Assembly (NCBI GenBank): GCA_903861305.1
Contig: CAIOTT010000007.1
Coordinates: 6,027 to 70,026 of the forward strand
Length of the DNA: 64,000 bases
Direction: 5' to 3'
Source: Candidatus Omnitrophota bacterium
Lineage (GTDB): Bacteria > Omnitrophota > Gorgyraeia > Zapsychrales > Fredricksoniimonadaceae
Both the position numbers and the translations under genes were made by a program. Below the pieces are notes generated by a model. The model worked only from the letters and a program-made list of their open reading frames with translations. It was not told the origin of the DNA and ran no database searches. The stretch's first letter is position 1. Each line of letters begins with the position of its first letter. Positions 39,501-44,183 of this stretch are shown piece by piece.

Positions 39501-40666
39501 CCGTCCAGATAAATGGCGCCGTCATTCAACAAAGCGGCGGAGAACGAGGCGTTGTGCCCGTCCAGCGTCACCGTGGTTTTGCTGCCGATGTTCAACGTCC
39601 CGATGTAAATATCGCCATCAAGGACAGGGTCGTAAACAGTCCCGTCCACAATAATGGCGGTGTCCCCTTCTTCAGGCACCACCCCCAGGCTCCAGTTGAA
39701 CGGATTATCCCAATGGCTGTCATATCCCCCTGTCCAGGTATCCGTGATCGCCCCGAACTGCCAGTTGGTGTTGTTATAAACGGCATGGAGCGAATGGTCC
39801 GGAGAGGTCCGTCCCACCAGGACCGTGCCGCCGGTGGCGTCATTGTTCCACACATTGACGTACCGGATGTCCTGGGTCCCGCCAGGCGTAAGGACCAATC
39901 CCGCGGCCGGATTCAGCAAAGCCGGGATACCGGAGCTGTTGTTGAGGGTGAGCAGATGCCCCGCATCAAAACCGCGCAAGGCAATGGTCTTTTCGATCCT
40001 TTGTGTCTGCCCGGGAGGAAAAACGAGGGTGCGTGTGGTCGAGGACGGCATGACTTTTCTTAACACATTGAACGTCGTGCCCCCGTAGATCTCCTGGTCC
40101 GTCCCGTTAAGAACGACCGTATTGCCGCCGTGGACGTAGGATAAGGGCAGCGCGGGAGAAACATTGTTCCAGTTCCCTGTCACGTTCATGGGCATCCCGT
40201 TCGCCTCAAAGATCCCCGCAAGGTTGTTAAAATCCCCCCGGACATAGATCCCGGCATCAACGGCCGGCATGATAAGCCCAAGGCGGGCGGTCGATTCATG
40301 GGTCAAGTTATAGAACGTATCTGTCTGAAGCGCGCCGGCATAGATGGTCTGAAGTCCGGCCACTGCGGAAAAGAAAACCGACCCTGCTCCGGAATCATAA
40401 TACCCTGCACCATAAATGGCCCAGTCACCGTTGAGGCGGATATGCCCCGTGGTCGTTTTAATGACCCCGCGGCTGGTCACCGATCCGGGATGGCCGTTGG
40501 CTGTTTCAACTTTTAAAGTCCCTGTATTGACATTGAGGCGGGAGTTGGAAGGAACGGTAATACCGGCAGCCCAGGCAGCGTAACACGTCAACAGCACCGC
40601 GCATGTGGAAAAAATGGCGATCTTGACGCTCTCGAATAGCTTGTGCAAAGGCTCATGCGCCGGCAT
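30593..40666 (-). CDS. Giant envelope protein (3357 aa): signal peptide, four beta-helix-like ~340-aa modules, Ig-like / CarboxypepD_reg-like / DUF11 / SdrD-B-like domains, long beta-rich barrel-like C-terminal region, helical TPR-like tail
   Basis: The N-terminus is signal-like (VKIAIFSTCAVLLTCYAAWAAG). The modules start W(T/D)G...W..P.NW.LG..P..GD and end (H/N)W(L/V/Q)FG. DUF11-like: FRIEKKANKTEARVGEVVTYTVTIECLS...LVDVIPPGFKF. SdrD-B-like: GKVFYDLNENGRQDDP...ADENGQFHIPALVPGRHLLRL. The final strands alternate hydrophobic residues (WKIGAEYRMLAV...GFLLEAVHSV..VEMGIGYNFTNF...GPYLRMTGKLY). Confidence 0.85.
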   Translation of the reverse strand: MPAHEPLHKLFESVKIAIFSTCAVLLTCYAAWAAGITVPSNSRLNVNTGTLKVETANGHPGSVTSRGVIKTTTGHIRLNGDWAIYGAGYYDSGAGSVFFSAVAGLQTIYAGALQTDTFYNLTHESTARLGLIMPAVDAGIYVRGDFNNLAGIFEANGMPMNVTGNWNNVSPALPLSYVHGGNTVVLNGTDQEIYGGTTFNVLRKVMPSSTTRTLVFPPGQTQRIEKTIALRGFDAGHLLTLNNSSGIPALLNPAAGLVLTPGGTQDIRYVNVWNNDATGGTVLVGRTSPDHSLHAVYNNTNWQFGAITDTWTGGYDSHWDNPFNWSLGVVPEEGDTAIIVDGTVYDPVLDGDIYIGTLNIGSKTTVTLDGHNASFSAALLNDGAIYLDGYEAVAAAALTDTGVFKYLGRPNGAGVDITTSFTVAGTPLTGYHSLIVDDSARSSHGTFTVGVDLTVYTDAAFTAGSVLLASGKTLTVGHGTAVNGGVVDTQAGNLALDNFVLSSGAFTTPDASHSFTVSGNFTRTAGTFTPNDGTVVFSNPLVGSNQTISGSIAFYGLTKNVVTGPQTLTFGVGVGPGTPYTYMVANSLSLNGIDATHRLNIVSSAAGTAPFLLLATGGVQDIHNVSVQDNSAVGGLLLVGDGASVGVSNYPHWVFGPTSFVWDGTPNPLSLSHNAWEVPSNWDLGKTPRNGDSVQIPSTVDKPHLTTGSGAPVLVDLGLYAVDASLYLDGHGLTVSGTFVNDGSIYLDGGEAVSIVDPDIYNGSFVYHGDGAGTPFTITGGGRPVMFHDLIVQAPFTGSASAFTANLDLAIYGTLTISGSSFNATAVGLDVGRNFVMTGGSFLAPGTGKTLAVAGNFTNTAGLSFNANHGTVALDATSSTGTTVQALTGSTTFYKLTKTIPAGIQVHQLTFDHTALQTITNDLTLQGLSGNEMLLRSDLAGTAAGITLVPGGLQHISFVDVKDSNASGGIYLVARESTDHSNFALYNDTHWLFGSSLFTWTGSLSTDWRVPNNWDLGLVPMNAHGAMVADSVRIPGSMANPPHFTAPHVPPDPEQYDVNVINMTLDVDARLYTDGYKFDVTGAFSNDGTIYLQGNEAVNIVDPDIYSGTFEYHGNGVVGSSFPLTAPSVFYNLLVDNNPSGTPSAFVSGVDMTIYGNLTVAGATLNAGARSIDLRGDFGMTGGNFTAPGSGKDFTVQGGFAHSAGNFAHNSGKVTFSGNNVVTISGDTVFQDFKAQIPAGAKTIKFAQGSNQTIAGNLDLAGNAVHSLVLRSTTDSTAGNPTSWMLTIPNTGPLANAVDVRDSTAVFSNYPVNPATDILAMNSVDNKNGITSTNIHWLFFTLNILTPAAGTTAGPQPTVIGHGVPGHVVTLKDGTGAVIATTTADTNGNFRVVVGKDDASQGTVTKLVLDSDPNNPVSNKITPYYLTLAGNSSTFSVVVTPTPAQVPVITSPLDQSFVLTSKPVITGNAAPGSQVLIVAKDQEGHYLLSLPPEAYMGQGVVAGDGTFAVTLTRPLGRGHNYLSVVVNGVSSALLTYIVSDIDGVVFDSTSSQPLGGASVTILRSNGIKAVPGVDIAATDTNPKITAADGVFSFLTADGSYKLLVTAPAYTYPTTLPDDKLPPGRSITNGSRGDVFISNGVVFQIDQPMDGTPYLFRIEKKANKTEARVGEVVTYTVTIECLSATNPVLAPRLVDVIPPGFKFMSGRALLDGVPMPDPTGNRPLTFLPGNFMPGQKKIVRYQLVIGAGVAPGAYDNVANMQYPTGFVISNNSVATVKIVLDPLFDAGTVFGKVFYDLNENGRQDDPQYSYEDRQEIIEGPVPNVSLAMEDGTVVTADENGQFHIPALVPGRHLLRLDERTLPPGAYLTTDKVQVVDVTPGSIIKVNFGVNIDNTQIVGKDAEYFQKELKVDQSPTAPKPRLNVNMFNDGILLHNDTVIEQIEFRLFTNYAPFLVSWQLDVVDADTKRLVRSFKGTRSNINDPVYWDGRDSLGRYLRADHHYAYVLKVQGDHEKWDETKEQPLALKVMTDAEMLDRQRLRTAQEKKDEAAARTKKYHNFLLALAGGDVTKTRNIWVKGDTLTLKPVGSDVRQVVILRNGQVFAEVPVAEQHGLTAQDLAAGQSAEQAVPMEVILPDGDYELEVVSAQDKGQEGWSRPVTGQASVNPGVDQHAAAATPGMPEVIEAAPVQTAHYRKPLKVGEDYLMFVAMGDGKVGYNMDRGHIEPVQSNDQYRRGFYDQGKMAYYLKGKIQGKYIVTSSFDTERQTKAALRTFKDNEYYPVYGDNSTLNYDATNTEGPLYLSVDWDKSQAIWGNYAVAFNDTEFANYTRTLYGGKLDYKSVATTDHGESKTGIAVFHAEVHQRAAHNEFLATGGSLYYFKNNDIVQGTDKVKVEVRDAVTGLVKSIVEMKSGVDYSIDPSNGRILFWRPLSMSVDNNQLISNNLLGGDPMYVVADYEYFVHDQLAEGTEGARVTEALGKNVVAGATYVSETQATGKYQLSGEDVTVHLAKDSIVRAEYAETTAAAQNNFISTDGGITFSDVSNAASSKGKAYGITQDARLFDRVGLKSYYKWIGDGFSTGSTTSQQGKAMNGMAMTFDMTPVTRLTASRDVQRLITNGNLQTSMQVGGQETTTTMVQLVHDARRLRLTEAFSSTQTKGNGTTTTQQANSTTAAAEAQYALNEKTDIRLKEQVEVSGTGNTATTLGVDHQLTNKLKGTLEETVGSAGTATKAGVTANVSPKLALSTDLTLARARSGELSQTVALGSKGQINDKTSLDATAAVTQGNSSGPKSTVALGGTTKVNESTTLQALTSVSQTTTGAQEGALALSGATKVDNTDLKLGVETSQSPDATKAHQALSLDGSRRDTAGRETTGGVKIDDRPVEGKTTVITAGEKGAMTPNIQVATERSYSIGTTSQEEGNTYKITRTKDGRNLETSYARKIADGQTGVTDSNIFGLTGDVNDKVSALGSLEKGKIHNLDGTLTDRTVLSTGLGYVDKDKETGKIVLQSSTKAEVRIDKGPVDTHQYVFYQAADGKLNEQTTVHGKFDYSVTKDMNTGTTQAGYKEIMLGAAYRPVAMDRVNLFSEYTYKENKGPIDQTTATDIEATKMHVLTAGAAYELNDKWELIEKLALRIMDEKVVGFDFAKTHTWLSVSRANYTIDQDWKIGAEYRMLAVQEARDRKSGFLLEAVHSVNDNVEMGIGYNFTNFVDDLTNLSYTVQGPYLRMTGKLYDQSPAERARARARWIDRRVELYAWKMIKSEFKRTDSPIVLELNRVYQQAQAANKRGHYDEAQQMYKRIIIVTQMMYEEAAQFVRHHIDFEEKVYNAFQRAREYFDKGDFWQARKLWEKIVEDASKAVLE
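36650..39751 (-). repeat. Three tandem ~1.0-kb coding modules (aa 306-655, 656-993, 994-1339), plus a degenerate first copy at 39752-40550
   Basis: Recurrent landmarks in the same order: NW.LG..P, LYLDG(H/Y), NDG(A/S/T)IYL.G.EAV, TFY.LTK, (V/L)(V/L)P(G)G.Q.I..V.V.D..A.GG, (H/N)W(V/L)FG. Confidence 0.7.
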
Positions 40667-40810
40667 TAACTATTAATACTCATATTTAATGTTTGATTGA
40701 TATTTTAACTTATTTCATCATATCAAAGAGAAATAACGATTAAATCCATTTTTAAAATATTTTAAAGCGACTATATAAAGTTGGGCGAGAATAAAATAAG
40801 AAAGGAGCTG

Positions 40811-41518
40811 TTAGGAACACTTGGAAAGAAAAACAGTTACAGCGGTCTCGACACGCAGGATGCGGGGGCCCATGCCGGCCAGGACACAACCGGCGGCCAG
40901 GAATTTTTCAAGTTCGTACGGGATAAAGCCGCCCTCCGGCCCGATGATGAGCACGGCAGGTCCTTTAGCCTCACCACTTAAGGGCTGGCCCGAAGGATCG
41001 GCCACGACCCCCCGGCGGCCCTGAAGAAGGTCCGGCAAAGCATCTTCCACAAAAGGCTTGAACCTCTTATGAAACACAACAGAAGGCAGGACCGTATCCT
41101 TGGCCTGTTCCAAACCCAGGACCAACTGTTCGCGGACCTCCGCGGGAGCAAGGGATGTGCTGTTCCAGAAACTTTTCTCGACCCGGCGCGCGTGGAAAAT
41201 GTGGATCTGGGGAACGCCCATGGCCGCGGCGGTCTGAAGGACACGTTTGAGGACGGGTGGGCGCATGAGCGCCACGGCGAGAATCACAGGGACCTTAGGG
41301 GGAGGCTCAGCACTGAAGGCCACCTCCATCTCAAGCTCCGTATCAGTCAGGCGCAGGACCCTGCCCTGCCCCATCTTCCCATCCTCCAGGCCCACGTTGA
41401 GCACATCACCGGGACGGGCGCGATGGACCGTGAGGACATGGGCATGCCGGCGGCCCCTCAGCAGGGCCTTTGACGTGTACGGGATAATGTCGGACGCGGC
41501 AAGAAGAACGAGGTTCAT
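40811..41518 (-). CDS. rsmE: 16S rRNA (uracil1498-N3)-methyltransferase
   Basis: 235 aa. An N-terminal PUA-like segment is followed by the SPOUT domain with IIGPEGGF and RILRVETA motifs. Confidence 0.85.
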   Translation of the reverse strand: MNLVLLAASDIIPYTSKALLRGRRHAHVLTVHRARPGDVLNVGLEDGKMGQGRVLRLTDTELEMEVAFSAEPPPKVPVILAVALMRPPVLKRVLQTAAAMGVPQIHIFHARRVEKSFWNSTSLAPAEVREQLVLGLEQAKDTVLPSVVFHKRFKPFVEDALPDLLQGRRGVVADPSGQPLSGEAKGPAVLIIGPEGGFIPYELEKFLAAGCVLAGMGPRILRVETAVTVFLSKCS

Positions 41519-41910
41519 TCCTGCATGTTGAGCATCTTGCGCAGTTTTGAAGGTACCATTCTCGCCAAGGTGTGCGACTTGACCTTTTTCTTCTGGCGGT
41601 CAACGATGACCTCGACCTGGCGGCGGATGGCCACGAACGCGTCGCGGACAACTGCGGCAAGATCGTCATGCGCGTTGCGCCCGGAGTCACGCTTGACCAC
41701 AAGCTCATGATGCGGCGGCATGCGCACGTCGATGCGGATATGATACGTGTGCTTGGAATGCTGGTGCGTGGGATTCTGCTCGATGAACACGCGGCAGCTG
41801 GTAATATGATCGCAAGAATGCTCGAGCTTGGCGATCTTCTCCTGAACGACCGCCTCGATCTCTTTCTTGTTTTCAACATTCTTCATGATAAGTTCCAGGG
41901 GAAGTTGCAT
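41515..41910 (-). CDS. hpf: HPF/RaiA family ribosome-associated (hibernation) factor
   Basis: 131 aa. The layout is MQL.LEL..KNVE....IEAVVQEKIAKLE... then ...DDLAAVVRDAFVAIRRQVEVIVDRQKKKV, as in S30EA/sigma-54 modulation proteins. 4-nt overlap with rsmE. Confidence 0.7.
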   Translation of the reverse strand: MQLPLELIMKNVENKKEIEAVVQEKIAKLEHSCDHITSCRVFIEQNPTHQHSKHTYHIRIDVRMPPHHELVVKRDSGRNAHDDLAAVVRDAFVAIRRQVEVIVDRQKKKVKSHTLARMVPSKLRKMLNMQE

Positions 41911-41999
41911 GGTGCCTCCGTAAGGTTAATGGAACGCGCTAAGATCAACGCCTTTCATTGTCGTCATAATCCGGGATTTTTCAATAGAAAAATCTACGG

Positions 42000-44183
42000 A
42001 TGTCAATTAGAATGGCTCTTCCTATGAATTTTGCGGACACCTTATCCAGATACAGTTTTCCTGCGTCCTACATCCAGGTCCTCCTCGCGTCAGGGATCGT
42101 CACGCTCCATCCCCCGCAGGCCGCCGCCATCGATGCCGGCGTCCTGGAAGGGAAGAACGTGGTCCTGGCCGTACCCACCGCGTCGGGCAAGACCCTGGTC
42201 GCGGAACTGGCCATGCTCAAGGCCATCTTTGAAAAGAACGGCCGTTGCCTCTACATCGCACCCCTGAAAGCTTTGGCCAGCGAAAAATACCGGGAATTCC
42301 AGAAAAAATACGCGCCTTTGGGCATCAAGGTCGGGATCGCCATCGGTGACCTCGACTCGCCCAGCGCCTACCTGAAGAATTACCAGATCGTCATCGCGAC
42401 CGCCGAGAAAGTGGATTCCCTCCTGCGCGCCCGCTCCGACTGGTTCATCAATGACCTCGCGGTCACGGTGTTCGATGAGATCCATGTGATCAATGACCCC
42501 TCACGGGGCCCGACGCTCGAGATCCTCGCCACGCGCATCCGCCTGTTGAACCCGGCGATGCAGGTGCTGGCTTTGTCTGCGACAGTTTCCAACGCCAAAG
42601 ACATGGCGGACTGGCTCGGGGCCCAGGCTGTCGTCAGTGCGTGGCGGCCGATCCCTTTGCACGAAGGCGTTTACTACAACGGCCGGCTCTCCTATGAGAA
42701 CGGCAACATCCGCGTGATCAAAGAAGACGCCCCGGAAGAGGTCCAGCAGCTGGTGATGGATACCCTGCGCGGCAAAGGGCAGGCTTTGGTCTTCGTCAAT
42801 TCCCGGCGTTCCACGCAAGCAGTGGCCCGCGAGCTGTGCCGCTGGGTCGGGACTTTGTTGACGCCGGAAGAACGGGAAACGCTGAAAGATGTCGGGACAC
42901 GCGTGGCGCCGCCGCTGGAAAGCACCAAGGTCTGTCAAAAACTCGCGGAGGTCGTGGTCCATGGTGTCGCGTTCCACCACGCAGGCCTGCGGCCCGACCA
43001 GCGGGAAGCGGTCGAGGAGAATTTCAAGAAGAACCTCATCAAGGTGATCTGCTGCACGCCCACGCTGGCGGCCGGTGTGAACCTTCCGGCCCGGCGCGCG
43101 ATCATCCGCGACGCCAAACGTTACGCCTCAGGCGTGGGGTCTGTTTTCATCCCGGCGTCCGAATACAAGCAATGCGCCGGCCGCGCGGGGCGCCCCCAGT
43201 ACGACGACTATGGCGAGGCCGTCCTGATCGCGAAATCACTTTCCGACCAGGATGCCTTGTTCGAACGCTTCATCCTCGCACCGCCCGAACCCGTGCTGTC
43301 CCAGCTGGCCAATGAGCACCAGCTGCGCAAGCATGTCCTCTCGTCGATCGCCGGCGGCTATGTCAACGACGTCAACGGCATGTTCGAGTTCCTCAGCCAT
43401 ACGTTCCTTGCCCACCAGCACAAAGATGCCAATCTGGTCGAACTTGTGGGCAATATCTTTGACTTCCTGCACAAGGAACAATTCATCGACAAGAGCGGGT
43501 TCCGTTTCTTTGCCACACCCTTCGGCGCGCGGGTCAGCCGCCTTTACATCGACCCTCTATCGGCGCTGGTCATCCGCAAAGGCCTGGCGCGGATCGCGTC
43601 GGGAACAAGTTTCTCTTCCGTCGGAATATTGCACCTGGTCTGCTCCTGCCCCGACAGCGAAACACTTTCCGTCGGCAAAACCGACCTGGAAGAACTCGAG
43701 GATTTCGGCAACAAGGTGGCTGACGAGCTGGCGCTGGCACGCGAGGATATTGAAGCCACACAGGACCACTACACCGCGCTGGCTGTCCTCAAGACGGTCT
43801 GGCTCTTGCTGCGCTGGATGGATGAAGAAAAAGAGGAAGATATCTGCGAGCGCTTCAATGTCGGGCCCGGCGACGTTTTTCGCCATACCGAATCGGCCCA
43901 GTGGCTGCTTTACGCCGCCCAGTCCATTGCCGAGGTCTATCAATTCAAAAAACTGACCCATTTCCTCGACGGGCTCCAGAGCCGTGTGCGTTACGGGATC
44001 AAGGAAGAGCTTTTGGAACTGGCCAGCCTCAGAGGGATCGGCCGCGTCCGCAGCCGCATCCTTTTCAACAAAGGCTATAAGAATATCACCGCGCTCGGGA
44101 AGCTCACCGCGGAAGACCTGGGCCATATCAAAGGCATCGGGCTGGCTTTGGCCAGGGATATCCTCCGCCAAACTGCGGCGTGA
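42000..44183 (+). CDS. Ski2-like superfamily-2 helicase of the Hel308/Hjm type
   Basis: Collinear with archaeal Hel308/Hjm as I remember it. Motifs in order: [37 protein letters not shown]; LKALASEKY; DEIH; LSATVSN; FVNSRR; GVAFHHAGL; [16 protein letters not shown]; [12 protein letters not shown]. The winged-helix/ratchet region has [16 protein letters not shown]. The C-terminal HhH domain has [17 protein letters not shown]...[13 protein letters not shown]. The start codon choice (42000, 42012 or 42024) is uncertain. Confidence 0.85.
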   Translation: MSIRMALPMNFADTLSRYSFPASYIQVLLASGIVTLHPPQAAAIDAGVLEGKNVVLAVPTASGKTLVAELAMLKAIFEKNGRCLYIAPLKALASEKYREFQKKYAPLGIKVGIAIGDLDSPSAYLKNYQIVIATAEKVDSLLRARSDWFINDLAVTVFDEIHVINDPSRGPTLEILATRIRLLNPAMQVLALSATVSNAKDMADWLGAQAVVSAWRPIPLHEGVYYNGRLSYENGNIRVIKEDAPEEVQQLVMDTLRGKGQALVFVNSRRSTQAVARELCRWVGTLLTPEERETLKDVGTRVAPPLESTKVCQKLAEVVVHGVAFHHAGLRPDQREAVEENFKKNLIKVICCTPTLAAGVNLPARRAIIRDAKRYASGVGSVFIPASEYKQCAGRAGRPQYDDYGEAVLIAKSLSDQDALFERFILAPPEPVLSQLANEHQLRKHVLSSIAGGYVNDVNGMFEFLSHTFLAHQHKDANLVELVGNIFDFLHKEQFIDKSGFRFFATPFGARVSRLYIDPLSALVIRKGLARIASGTSFSSVGILHLVCSCPDSETLSVGKTDLEELEDFGNKVADELALAREDIEATQDHYTALAVLKTVWLLLRWMDEEKEEDICERFNVGPGDVFRHTESAQWLLYAAQSIAEVYQFKKLTHFLDGLQSRVRYGIKEELLELASLRGIGRVRSRILFNKGYKNITALGKLTAEDLGHIKGIGLALARDILRQTAA

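Noticed and set aside
40667-40810. A sigma-70-like promoter upstream of the giant gene (TTGATA...TATCAA / TAAAAT candidates in a very AT-rich spacer)
   Set aside because: The region is plausibly the operon promoter. However, several hexamer pairs fit equally poorly (spacers of 13 or 18 nt) and no clear Shine-Dalgarno precedes the ATG. I report it only as AT-rich promoter-like sequence in the findings, not as a feature.
42836-43956. Plus-strand ORFs 42836..43315 and 43252..43956, out of frame within the helicase gene
   Set aside because: These are alternative frames of the Hel308-like gene. Their translations are Arg/Pro/Ser-rich, and the helicase frame is continuous and carries motifs throughout.
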